Positions 10,455 through 21,784 of a stretch of DNA of 64,000 bases are shown here, piece after piece (position 1 is the stretch's first letter; the number at the start of each line of letters is the position of its first letter). Source of the DNA: a cyanobacterium endosymbiont of Rhopalodia gibba. GTDB lineage: Bacteria; Cyanobacteriota; Cyanobacteriia; Cyanobacteriales; Microcystaceae. The translations under genes were made by a program, and so were the position numbers. The DNA is taken from assembly GCA_045159875.1 (NCBI GenBank), contig CP067995.1, forward strand, positions 2,656,001-2,720,000. The letters run 5' to 3'. The notes under the pieces were generated by a model. It was not told where the DNA came from. It did no database searches and saw only the letters and a list, made by a program, of their open reading frames with translations.

Positions 10455-11623
10455 TATTTCTGGTTGATTATTTTTTGCATAACTTCAGCATAGCGATTCA
10501 AACAATGATAGGTTAGGTAACCGTTTTGCATTGCTTTGATTTTATTTTTTATATTCGAATGTTTAATTATTCTAAGAATAGAAATGAATACTTCTTCAGG
10601 AATTTCCCAATTAATAATTAATTCACCTAAATCATATTTAAGCAACTCGTAAGCCATCCAAGTTTTATCAGTTACTAAAGGGATTTTACCAGCAATAATG
10701 GACTCAGTAAAAATTCCTGAAGTTCTTTCCCCATAGGACTGGTAATCATAGGGTAATAAAATAACATCACTCACACTTAACCAATAATTATACTCTTTTC
10801 TTGTCAATTTATCTTGAATTAATTTCAGATTAATTCCTCCTTTAGTTACTTTTAAATTTGATTTTTCTGCTGCAATCAGACAAATTTCATTACTGTTATT
10901 CAGATTGCTGGCAACTAATTTTTTAATAATATTCCATCCTTTTTCCTCTCTGGGAAACCCTGGCCACCAGCATAAAATTCCAGGAAACTTATTTTTTATA
11001 TCGCAATTATCAACTTTAATTTCAGCATGAGGAATTGGCATTACTGTAACATGTTCTTGAAAATAATTAGATAAAGATTTACCTAATAAATCACTATCTG
11101 TTAGTAACTTTAAATTACCTGCTGGTAGACTTTTCTTAATTAAATAATTGAGAAATTTATAAACAGATCTAGTTTTATCTTTATGAGTATTTCTACGATA
11201 AAGCAGCCAAACTGATATATTTTTTGTGGGAACTAGCCATAAGGCAATCGTTAAGGCAAATAATTGTAAATGAATAAATCTTTCGAGAAAAACAATAGAT
11301 AATTCTGATTTGTGAATAACGTTGTTTCGCAAATATTTAGCTGTTGTCGTCCCTAAATAAAAAACTCCAGTTAACCTCAAAAATTTTTGCCAAAAATTAC
11401 CTTCTTTTTCAAGATCAAAATCGCTTAAACAGTCATCCCATTCTGTAAGTAAATCACCAACTTTTGACTTAGAAGGAATAGCGGCTAAATGTTTCCAACC
11501 TAACTTAGAAACTGCTTTACTAACCGCTTGATGATAGGGAACAATGTGTCCTTTACCTCCCATTAAATTAGGAATTAGTGAAACCAATATAGGTGTTGAA
11601 GACTTTTTCTGATTTTTAATCAT
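10454..11623 (-). CDS. Putative GT-B glycosyltransferase
   Basis: GFPREEKG and DVILLPY...SGIFTESIIAGKIP resemble a GT-B C-terminal domain; operonic with two GT4 genes. Confidence 0.7.
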   Translation of the reverse strand: MIKNQKKSSTPILVSLIPNLMGGKGHIVPYHQAVSKAVSKLGWKHLAAIPSKSKVGDLLTEWDDCLSDFDLEKEGNFWQKFLRLTGVFYLGTTTAKYLRNNVIHKSELSIVFLERFIHLQLFALTIALWLVPTKNISVWLLYRRNTHKDKTRSVYKFLNYLIKKSLPAGNLKLLTDSDLLGKSLSNYFQEHVTVMPIPHAEIKVDNCDIKNKFPGILCWWPGFPREEKGWNIIKKLVASNLNNSNEICLIAAEKSNLKVTKGGINLKLIQDKLTRKEYNYWLSVSDVILLPYDYQSYGERTSGIFTESIIAGKIPLVTDKTWMAYELLKYDLGELIINWEIPEEVFISILRIIKHSNIKNKIKAMQNGYLTYHCLNRYAEVMQKIINQK

Positions 11624-11721
11624 TAATAAATCTTATCTCATTAAAAATAACTGTTGTATCAATACAATACAAAGTTAACTGTTCGTATTCTGTTGTTTTT
11701 TCGTCAACAAAACTTACAATG

Positions 11722-12297
11722 CTACCCTAAATTTATTAGTTTAACTGTCTCAAACAATTCTTTAAAGACTCTAATTTCTATCGGATATTGCGCTAATTTT
11801 TCCACTGTTTCTAGTCCCCGTCCCGTTAAAACTAAAATAGGTTTACAATTAGCCCTAACAGCAGCTTCCAAATCACTAGGCGCATCACCAATAAAAAAAG
11901 ATTGAGACAGAACTATGTGATGTTTTTTAGATGCATTAATCAACATTTCAGGAGAAGGTTTACGGCAAAAACACTTGTCATCAGGACGGTGGGGACAAAT
12001 AAAAATATCCGCAAAAAATACCCCAAAATAGCTATATTGTTGCTGAATATAACGGTGAACCTTTTCAACATCTTGTAAGCTATAATATCCCCTACCAACT
12101 CCGGCTTGGTTAGTGATTATAATCAGTAAATAACCCGCATCTTGCCATTGTTTTAAAGCTTCTCCCGCACCATAAGGAAGCTTGACTTGTTCAGGTTTAC
12201 TTAAATAGGGGACGTAGTCAACAATCACCCCATCTCTATCTAGAAATAGGGCTTTATTGAAATGTGTATGGGAAGTGTTGGTTGGATAATCCACCAT
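11722..12297 (-). CDS. gmhB: D-glycero-D-manno-heptose 1,7-bisphosphate phosphatase (HAD IIIA)
   Basis: FLDRDGVI, ITNQAG, CPHxxxxxCFCRKP, IGDAPSD motifs; adjacent to gmhA. Confidence 0.9.
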   Translation of the reverse strand: MVDYPTNTSHTHFNKALFLDRDGVIVDYVPYLSKPEQVKLPYGAGEALKQWQDAGYLLIIITNQAGVGRGYYSLQDVEKVHRYIQQQYSYFGVFFADIFICPHRPDDKCFCRKPSPEMLINASKKHHIVLSQSFFIGDAPSDLEAAVRANCKPILVLTGRGLETVEKLAQYPIEIRVFKELFETVKLINLG

Positions 12298-12305
12298 TTC
12301 AGATG

Positions 12306-12899
12306 TTAAACTGCAATTTGTCCTTCTAAGCCAGCGTTAGCAAACAACTGAGCTTCCACTTGCTCACAAATTCGATGATAGGTCATTACGTGAATTTCTT
12401 GAATATAAGGGGTGTGGTGTTGTTTTACAAAAAGGGGATAATCTGACATTTCCTTAAGTATCCCGCCATTATTTCCCGCCATTCCAATAGTAACTAATCC
12501 CATATCTTTAGCCATCTCAAAAGCACGCACTACATTGGCAGACTTTCCAGACGTAGAAAGTCCCCAAAGAATATCCCCCGGTTGTCCAAAAGCCTCCACT
12601 TGGCGGGCGAAGACTGTTTCATACTCGTAGTCATTAGCCCAAGCGGTTAAAGTTGCCGTATTAGTTCCTAGGGCAATTGCGGGTAAACCTTTACGATGCA
12701 ATTGAAACCGCCCCACAAATTCAGCCGCAATGTGTTGAGCATCGGCTGCGGAGCCACCATTACCACAAATAAGTAATTTATGTCCATTTCGAAACTGTCT
12801 AGCAATTAAACCGATTGTTTGCTCAACTAAAAGACAATATTTGGGGTTAAACGCTTCTTCTAGGCTTTTTAGCCTATGTTGAATCCAATAATAACTCAC
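12306..12899 (-). CDS. gmhA: Sedoheptulose-7-phosphate isomerase (SIS domain)
   Basis: CGNGGSAADAQHIAAEFVGRF, NDY, STSGKSANV, IQEIH motifs. Confidence 0.93.
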   Translation of the reverse strand: MSYYWIQHRLKSLEEAFNPKYCLLVEQTIGLIARQFRNGHKLLICGNGGSAADAQHIAAEFVGRFQLHRKGLPAIALGTNTATLTAWANDYEYETVFARQVEAFGQPGDILWGLSTSGKSANVVRAFEMAKDMGLVTIGMAGNNGGILKEMSDYPLFVKQHHTPYIQEIHVMTYHRICEQVEAQLFANAGLEGQIAV

Positions 12900-12921
12900 C
12901 GTTACTCCTCACTTAACTCAC

Positions 12922-13848
12922 TTACCTAGCCGGGACAAGTTTTTCTTGTTCGAGCCAGAACCACTCTATAGTTTTAGCTAATCCTAATTCTAATGGAGTT
13001 AACTTGAAATTGGGTAAAGATTCCTTAAGTTTGTCAACAACTAAACACTTAGACCTAGCTCCTACATAGCGAGAGGTATCAAATTCAATTTGATTGAAGT
13101 CGTAGTCAACTTCTCCACAGATTAGCTTGGCAAAGTGTCGGATAGTGTACTCTTCCCCTGCTCCAATGTTAATTAAGTCATTATCAGTGATAGCAGCTAG
13201 TTGAGTGGCAATTTTAGCAAAATCTTTAACAAAGACCAACTCCCGTAATTGGGTTCCATCCCCCCATAAGACTACAGGTTCGCCATAAAGTTTCCCCCGA
13301 ATTATCTTACGGATTAGATCGAAAACAAAGTGCATCTGTCGCCCATCAGTGTGATATCCTGGACCATAAAGGGTGGAAGGAACTAAACAGAGGTATTTTA
13401 GACCATATTGTTTATTTAAAGCTAATAACCCTGCGTAGAGCATTCGTTTAGTCATGGCATAGGTAAACAAACTGCTGATAGGTATCCCTGTGAGGTAATT
13501 TTCCTCGAATAAGGGTAAATTAGGGTCATAAGCACAACTTGTTCCCATACAGATGAATTTAGCCTGGGGTTGGTATTTCTGCCACCATATGAGAATGTGA
13601 GTATTTATCTGTTGGTTGATAATCCATTGTTCCCCTGGATGGTAGAGACAAAAATCCCCTGCTTGGGTCCAGGCAGCTAAATGGTAAATTTGATCATAGT
13701 TGTGATCGTTAAAATTGAGTAACGAGTCAGGTTGAGTGAGATCGCAGTTTTTAGAGTCGAGACGGACTATTTCGTGTCCTTGTGCTTGAAGTTGAGAACA
13801 AAGATTGGTTCCGAGAAACCCCATTGCACCAGTAATTAGGATTTTCAT
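12922..13848 (-). CDS. NAD-dependent epimerase/reductase, GDP-L-fucose synthase (WcaG)-like
   Basis: ITGAMGFLG Rossmann motif, GTSCAY, YAMTK (YxxxK), WGDGTQLRE. Confidence 0.8.
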   Translation of the reverse strand: MKILITGAMGFLGTNLCSQLQAQGHEIVRLDSKNCDLTQPDSLLNFNDHNYDQIYHLAAWTQAGDFCLYHPGEQWIINQQINTHILIWWQKYQPQAKFICMGTSCAYDPNLPLFEENYLTGIPISSLFTYAMTKRMLYAGLLALNKQYGLKYLCLVPSTLYGPGYHTDGRQMHFVFDLIRKIIRGKLYGEPVVLWGDGTQLRELVFVKDFAKIATQLAAITDNDLINIGAGEEYTIRHFAKLICGEVDYDFNQIEFDTSRYVGARSKCLVVDKLKESLPNFKLTPLELGLAKTIEWFWLEQEKLVPAR

Positions 13849-16326
13849 TATTGAGGACTCGTTTTGTCAGCATTCGTTGATAACCCTTGCGGGAGAGCAG
13901 CGTAGAGATACTATAGCGATGACATAGAGTTTTGTAAAGAGTACCAAAAGTTGAGAGGCACAGAGTCTTTAATTTTTACTGAACGCCAAAACTTCAGAAC
14001 GGAAAAATGACGAATAATGGAATCATTGGCGAGTACGATTTTACAAAAAACACATTTGTCTTTTTTGCCAAATAAAGGTCTTCATTAAGCTTGAAAATAC
14101 TTTGGTTAGACTAAAGTAAATGATGTAAAAGCACCAAGCTAAAAAACTTCGGAGTTAAAAACTGAAAAAATGTCTAAGTCGATACAATCTTCTTTTCATT
14201 AACTTCAATGTTATTGATATTTTTGATTATTTGTTGTTTTTTTTAAAATCAAAATATATAATAATTTCTAGCCTTCAATACTTAGTTACATTGTTTCAGA
14301 ATGTTTTGAGTATAACCAATGAGTTTTTTACTGTTAATTAGCTAGTTTTTATAGTTCTAATATATAGCCTGAGTAATTATTATTTTTTATCTTTTAATTG
14401 GTGTTTTTTGGAAAACATTATAATATTTTATCCATCTAATTTAATTTTATTTTTAACTATTTTATTAATTTTTTTACTTTTAATTTATATCATAATTTTC
14501 CTGTAATTTTAAAAAAAATTATACTAATTTAACTATTTATATAGATGTTTTTTTATGATTTATGTGCTTACTTTTATATCTAAATATACTTTGGTTCAAC
14601 CAATCTTAAATGAAGCTTACTTATATGTTAATTGAAAAAAATATAATTTATTATTAAATTTATTTTTTATAAATTTTATTCATTAAATAAATTTAAATAC
14701 TTTACTCCATATAGATAAATCTAGCAATATATTTAGCTTTGTATAACTTAGTTTAAACATAAAGCATGCTAAATACTAGCTATACAATAATTATAGTTTT
14801 TTATCAATTGATTATTGACAATTAAACTCTGCATTATTATTTTTTATTTATTAATAGGTTTAGTAGAATTAATTTTTTATTACTTTAGTAAATAAAGTTT
14901 AATTGTGATAACAATTAAATTATCAGTATTTTCATGGATAAAAATTATTTAAAATAAGTACTATTAAAGTTGATGTATATCTTATTTTTTTATTTGATTA
15001 CAACAAAAATAAGATTTTATATGTAAACAGAAAATGAAAAGTTTAAAAAAATTTATATTTAGTAGGTATATCATAGAGTACATTTTTTTTAAAAAAGAAG
15101 ATTTTAAATATATTTAAGAGATCTAATGGAAATCTAAAAAAACTTATAAGACATAGTAATTAGCCAAGATTTAAAGAAGAGAGAAGAGTAAAATTAATTC
15201 TCAGAAAAATCCGTAAGGTTTCTTGAAAAAAGCTGGATATAAAAATTAAAAAAAGTAGAAAAATTTTAAAGATGGAACTAGATACAGCTGCAACTGACAA
15301 GTACGACAATGATCAAAAAATAAATACGGTAATCATTAATTAATGATAACTTAGTATATACAAATAATTAATTCAAAGCCAAACTGCAATAATAGTCTAA
15401 AAAATAGATAGATATTCTGCCAACTTATAGTTTTTAACTAAATTCAATAGAAGATAAATAGCGTTAAATAAAAACTTATAAAGTGTCCAAAAAATATTCA
15501 CTAATTTCCAATACAAAAATAAACAATTATTTATTTTTTTTAAATTTATTTAAATGAAGGATAATATCAAATTGTTCAAGATTTAAAAACTTATTTTACA
15601 GAGAAGAAGCTGGGTTTAGTTTTTTAAAATTTTTTGAAAAATATAAAGTATAAAATTCATTAATTTCTCAACAAATAGACTTAAATTAAGACTGTAGATT
15701 TGGAAAACACGATAGCTATCCTAAGTGACTATATATTGCTAAATACTCGACTATCCTAGAGAAAACTCACACTTATCCTTGATTTTATGAATTATAAACA
15801 GTATTTAAGACAGGTCTCGTCTTTGTCAGGAGTAACAGTAGTATAATGCACAGTACTATGTTAATGGAGGAGTAATTCCTTAATATAATAGAGGTAAGTC
15901 GTTAGAAAATTAAGGTTATAGCCAGTACAATATCAGTCAGCCTCCTGACAGATTTCTGTGCGTAAGACTTGAGCTCGTTTTATTGTCTATTCGTAGTAAT
16001 TTATTCTGTCAATATCTGTTTTTATTCCTTTACTTATTGATTAAACTCTTAAGTATTTTTTTCTGCATTTAAACGGCTTGTTACTGAAATCGATAAGAGA
16101 GCTACAATACTATTACCCTTTACCTTACTAAAATCAATTTTAAATATGTTTGCTCGAAGCTCAAATAAGTCTATCTTTTCTCACTCTAGTTTATTTTAAC
16201 GAATGCCCGCTATTGTAGCTTAAAAAAAATCAGAGTTGTACTTCAGCCTGACAGAAAAAGATAAAATCAAACAAGAATAATGTTTCTCTTGCCTTAATTT
16301 ACAAAAAAGGTTCATAAAAAGGTAAC

Positions 16327-17364
16327 ATGATGTATTCACTTCCTGCTGAATGGTATGAACAGGATGGGGTAGTGTTAACTTGGCCTCATCAGGATACGGA
16401 CATGGCTCCTTTCCTCAAACAAGTGTATCCGATTTATCTTAAAATCAGTAAAGCAATTACCCAACGTCAAAAGTTGGTTTTAATTGTTCATGATTCTATA
16501 CTTAAATCTGAAGTTAAAAATAAGTTAATCTCCCACAAAATTGACTTAAAAAAGGTAATATTTGTTATTGCTCCAACTAATGATATTTGGATAAGAGATT
16601 ATGGAATTATTACTTTAATAAACTCACAAAAAAAGCTCAAAATAAATAATTTTATTTTTAATGGTTGGGGGAATAAGTATAAAAATTATCTTGACAATAG
16701 AATTAATATTCATCTCATCAATCAAATAATCAATCCTGAAGTAAAAACTGAATCCATCCCATTTGTTCTCGAAGGAGGAGCAATTGATTCAGACGGAAAA
16801 GGAACACTTTTAACTACTAAATCTTGTCTACTGAATCCTAATCGTAATCCTCAATTTACTAGAAAAAAAATAGAAGAAATATTGCTCGAAAAATTAGGAA
16901 TTAAAAAAATTATTTATCTAGAGCATGGATATTTAGAAGGAGATGATACAGATGGTCATGTTGATACTTTAGTTCGTTTTGCCCCTAATAATACCATCGT
17001 TTATGTTACTTGTTCTGATAAAAAAGATAGTCATTATAAAGATTTTCAAGGACTTGAAACTGAATTAAAAGATTTAAAAACAGAAGAAGTAAAAAGTTAC
17101 AATTTAATTTCTCTTCCTTGGCCTGAACCTAAATACAATGCTCAAGGGAATAGACTTCCTGCTACCTATGCAAATTATTTAATTATGAATGGTGCAGTGT
17201 TGGTTCCTATTTATCGAGATAAATCAGATAAGACAGCATTAATACAAGTTCAAAAAGCCTATCCTAATTATCAAATAATTGGGATAGATTGTTTGCCTTT
17301 AATTTACCAATTTGGCTCATTACATTGTATTAGTATGCAACTTCCAAAAGGATTGCTTAAATAA
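16327..17364 (+). CDS. aguA: Agmatine deiminase (PPAD family)
   Basis: PAEW...TWPH, WIRDYG, FNGWG, EGGAIDSDG, DDTDGHVD, ATYANY, GSLHCISMQ. Confidence 0.92.
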   Translation: MMYSLPAEWYEQDGVVLTWPHQDTDMAPFLKQVYPIYLKISKAITQRQKLVLIVHDSILKSEVKNKLISHKIDLKKVIFVIAPTNDIWIRDYGIITLINSQKKLKINNFIFNGWGNKYKNYLDNRINIHLINQIINPEVKTESIPFVLEGGAIDSDGKGTLLTTKSCLLNPNRNPQFTRKKIEEILLEKLGIKKIIYLEHGYLEGDDTDGHVDTLVRFAPNNTIVYVTCSDKKDSHYKDFQGLETELKDLKTEEVKSYNLISLPWPEPKYNAQGNRLPATYANYLIMNGAVLVPIYRDKSDKTALIQVQKAYPNYQIIGIDCLPLIYQFGSLHCISMQLPKGLLK

Positions 17365-17977
17365 TTGAGCAATATATATTAATTAGTTATAGTGTTAGCT
17401 TTTCTAGCCTATATATTATGAAATGACACTTAAAAGAATAATTCTAAAATCTAGTTTAGAAAAGAGAATGAAGTTTTGTAAGCTATTAACTACTAATCTG
17501 CCAGAATTAGTCTAAAAAAACTAATTTTATCGATTAAATTTACTGACTTCTAATTTATTTCTGTTGATTACATATAATTCAGTTTAACTTTTATTAAGAG
17601 AACTATTCGAGGAGCTTTTTATGAAAAAATTATTTGTAGACAAAGAAGCAGGTTAATGATAGTTTATTTTCCCTCAAGTTGACTAAAAGGCTTTCAATTT
17701 ACCGCAGTGAATTATAATCAAATGTAGTTTGAATCCCTAATGCTATCCCATAGAATTTTAGTTCCATCCAATCTAAGCCTTCAAACATTTGGTATGTTCA
17801 CCGTGAAAACGATAATAGATTTCTATAAGAGTAGAATCATTAAACTAATTCTTATCACTTCTCCTTTGTAGTTTTATAAAAAATAGTACGTTAATATAAT
17901 CGTCCAGGGCATAGCACCAGAGCTCAATAAGTGCTACTGTTAACATAGAGCTGCTGCTTCCCTTTCTCTTCATAACT

Positions 17978-17994
17978 TCTCGTCGAACTCACGT
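17978..17994. repeat. Dispersed repeat TCTCGTCGAACTCACGT, copy 2; probable IS terminal remnant between aguA and aguB
   Basis: Matches 2793-2809. Confidence 0.5.
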
Positions 17995-18087
17995 TACAAA
18001 AGGGCAAAACTAAAACCTTAAATGTAGAGTAGATGATGTTCACTCAGAGGTTAAGATTGTTATTAGAAAATTTTTGTTTAGTCAATT

Positions 18088-18975
18088 ATGATTGATTCCT
18101 TAAAAGTTGGATTAGTCCAGCACAGTAACACAGAAGATTTAGATAGTAACCTCGAAAAAAGTAGTCAGGGAATTCTGCGAGCAGCTGCAAAAAATGCTAA
18201 ATTAATTATCTTGCAAGAACTCCACAGAAGCCTTTATTTCTGTCAGACAGAAGATTTTTCTTCGTTTAATTTGGCAGAAACTATCCCAGGTCATTCTACT
18301 CAAATATTAGGGCAACTAGCACAAGAATTAGGGGTAGTAATAGTCGCTTCTTTGTTTGAAAAACGAGCAACCGGTTTATATCATAATACAGCAGTTGTTT
18401 TAGACAAAGATGGTAAAATTGCAGGAAAATACCGGAAAATGCATATTCCTAATGACCCTGGTTTTTGTGAAAAATTCTATTTCACCCCTGGAGACTTAGG
18501 GTTTGAACCGATTAACACTTCTGTAGGACTCTTGGGCGTAATGGTTTGCTGGGATCAATGGTTTCCCGAGGCAGCACGGTTAATGGCCATGAAAGGAGCA
18601 CAAATACTAATCTATCCAACGGCGATAGGTTGGGACTCTAGAGATAGCCAAAATGAGCAAATTAAGCAAAAAGAAGCTTGGCTCATTGCGCAACGCGCCC
18701 ATGCTATCTCTAATGGTATTCCTGTGATCAGTTGTAACCGTGTGGGGTATGAAGCTAATACTAGTGGTAAAACTGAAGGAATTCTTTTTTGGGGTAATTC
18801 GTTTATTGCAGGTTCTCAAGGCGAGATTTTAGCACACGCAAGTGAAGATCAAGAAGAGGTAGTGACGGCTACAATTGATTTACAACATTCGGAAACTGTA
18901 CGCTGCATTTGGCCATATTTACGTGATCGCCGCATCGACCATTATCAGGATTTACTTAAAATTTATAGAGATTAA
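18088..18975 (+). CDS. aguB: N-carbamoylputrescine amidase (nitrilase superfamily)
   Basis: E-K-C triad (LQEL, YRKMHIP, VCWDQWFPE), EKFYFTPGD, RDRR; next to aguA. Confidence 0.88.
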   Translation: MIDSLKVGLVQHSNTEDLDSNLEKSSQGILRAAAKNAKLIILQELHRSLYFCQTEDFSSFNLAETIPGHSTQILGQLAQELGVVIVASLFEKRATGLYHNTAVVLDKDGKIAGKYRKMHIPNDPGFCEKFYFTPGDLGFEPINTSVGLLGVMVCWDQWFPEAARLMAMKGAQILIYPTAIGWDSRDSQNEQIKQKEAWLIAQRAHAISNGIPVISCNRVGYEANTSGKTEGILFWGNSFIAGSQGEILAHASEDQEEVVTATIDLQHSETVRCIWPYLRDRRIDHYQDLLKIYRD

Positions 18976-21752
18976 TCATTGTTATTTTAGGTATAAACCT
19001 TTTATGTTCTTCCTGTTTATGTGTCTGGAGCGTAAAATCTAAAACTTTTATTTTTACCCTATTTTATTAAATTAGTCCCTCGAAAAAAAACACCAAAAAA
19101 GTAAGAAAGTAAGAGAATTTAGAAAGGTTATTAGTTTAAGACCAAGTTTTTAAGTATAAGTCATTGTACAACTACGTACAACTACTCATGTAATGTCCGT
19201 AGTTATCAAAGTTATTTGATTGTCTTTTGCATGAAAAAAATATAAAAGTTTTCACTAATCCGGAAGTTATTGACATTACTGTTGTAGCGAGAAAAATATA
19301 GTTACAAAGGATAGTAGTGGTTTTGTTTTAAGGGTAGTGATAAACATTTCGGTTACCCTTCTTTTTATCTTCATACTTTTACCATAAAAGGTATTTTGAA
19401 ATGGTGTCACACTAAATATAATTTCCATACTTTACCGAAAATTCATAAAAAATTTAACTTATTATTATTGGTTAAATTTTTAATTTTTTCTTTTATTTAG
19501 TTTTTAAAATTTATTAAATTAAAACTTATATACTAACATCTCTCATCCTTCTACTAACTATAATTTTGGAGAATAAACTAGTAAAGATTATTTAAAAAAT
19601 TCTTAAATAATCTTTTCTTTTTTACTCTGGTGCCATCCTGCATTATCTTCTATTAACAAGATTTTTTATAGATAGCTTTATATTTTTAGTTTAATATTCA
19701 TTAACTAAATTAAGTTATGTTGTATCTACTATAATTTGATTTCATCAAGGGTTTCCTATTAAGAGTTTTACAAATTTATAAATATATGACTATTCATAGC
19801 CTTAACTTATTAAGGTAGTCACTCTTTTATAGAACTTGAAATATTTTTTATAATAGATTTATTAAAAACTACATATTTGTTTTAATTCCTAGATATATTT
19901 CTTTTAATTTTTTAAATTTTAAAAGTAAATTTTAAATAAATATTTTTTATTAAATAGACTTTGTTTTTCTATGCTTTAGTATTAAAATCTAACAAAAATA
20001 TCTAATTTTTTTTAGATAGCTTTATTTTTATCGATGAATTATTACTCATCAAATTAGATATTTTTCACTTTTTAATTCATTAATATCTTTATTTTTTATT
20101 TTTAAAATAATCTTAATTTAATAAAAAAATAATTTTATTTTAAATAATATTAAAAATATTATTTAAAATAAATAAGCCTTTGTAATATTTATTTTTAATT
20201 ACTTTTTTTTCTTTTTTAAAACCATAAATACCTAGTTTAATAAGATTTAATAGGTATTGTTTATATCTAGATAATTTTTTTAAAAACTGATAACAGTTTC
20301 ATAAACCCCCTCGCAAAAGTTAAACAGTAATTTTATTAAAAGTCTTAATTATAAACTTTTTTCAACTTTTATCTTACTAATATAAAAAGTATATAGTTTT
20401 TTTAAAATGCGTTCCTGTTACTGAATTTAAAAATTAAGTGTAAGGTGTTCCCTTAATCTAGTTACACTTAATCCTGGTAGCTGTGCCTTACAACTACCTA
20501 TGACATTAATTATATTAAGTCGTTTATCCAAGAATGGTTATCAGCGTATTAGTAAACAAAATCTTCATTTAATAACTTTAAAAAACTCAGTGATTAACTC
20601 TTTTGAAGAGTTCAAGAACAAGTGCTTAGTATTAGTTAAACCAGAAAATAAAGTACATATAACATATAGCCGTATTTTTGGGGCTAATAACTTTAATATA
20701 ACTCAAATAAACTTAATGACGATAGGATCGATTAACTACACAATGATGTGATTTATACTTTTGTATTTGTGGGTCCCTTAAGAACAAACAAATAAGTAAG
20801 ATGAATTGTAAAAAAAACTAAGATTCTGTAACTTATACCGGTTGAATCTTGTTTGACTAAAGCTCTTACTATCTAATATCCTAAATCCTATTACATAACC
20901 ATCATTCCCCAGAAAAGCTATGAACTCTTCCCTGAACTTCTCCAACAATACTTATCCACTATTTCTACGCCAGACATATTAATTACTCATTTTGATGTAA
21001 GTTCTGTTAAAGTTTTCTTATTCACTTGGGCATTAATCTCTAATATTTGTCAATCATTAGCTTTTTATTCACAATTTATTTAATCAAAAAAAAATATTTT
21101 AGTTGATCGAGAATTGATTTACATTCATCCCCCTGTACAGTCTGTATTTAGTCAAGGAAATCTCCACAATCTTTGATTATGTTATCTTCAGGATAGTAAG
21201 CTTCTACAAGTAGACTTTATTATGTTGTTAGTAACAAATACTACTTAGTTTTCTCTGCGGTAGTAGCGACAATAATTTTTTATAAAAAATGATTAAGCAA
21301 CTTGTTGATTAAAGAAATCGTTAGAAATAAAACTACAACAAGCCTCACACAAAAGAGAAATATTAAGTTAATAATATTAATTAATATCTATTGACATCAA
21401 CAGATATTATAGTTACTATGGGAGCCAAAAAAAATAATTTAAATTATCGCTAACAAATACTTAGATAAAACACAAACACTGTAGTTTTTTTTATTGAATT
21501 CTAATTTTTTTAGAAAAAAGTTAAAAAATATAGGAAAAGTTTGCAAAATATTCTCAAGATTTTTTGTTAAACTAAACAAAATTTTTTATAAATAATTCCG
21601 TAAAAATAAATTAATATATGCGATTATTGAGAGTAAACTCAACTAGCCGTAAGTTAGGCAACTCTATTTATCTCATTCTCGCAGAAGTCATCATTGCTCT
21701 AATTGAACCAGATTTTTCTTTAAATTCTCATAGTATCATCAAATAAATTGAT

Positions 21753-21780
21753 AATTATCAATTATCAATTATCAATTATC
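21753..21780. repeat. Heptamer tandem repeat (AATTATC)x4
   Basis: Four exact copies ending 4 nt before the ATG at 21785. Confidence 0.85.
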
Positions 21781-21784
21781 AGTC

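Noticed and set aside
17911..17937. CIRCE-like inverted repeat TAGCAC-N13-GTGCTA upstream of aguB
   Set aside because: Spacing fits, but only 13 of 18 consensus positions match, it lies in a probable IS relic, and aguB is not a known HrcA target.
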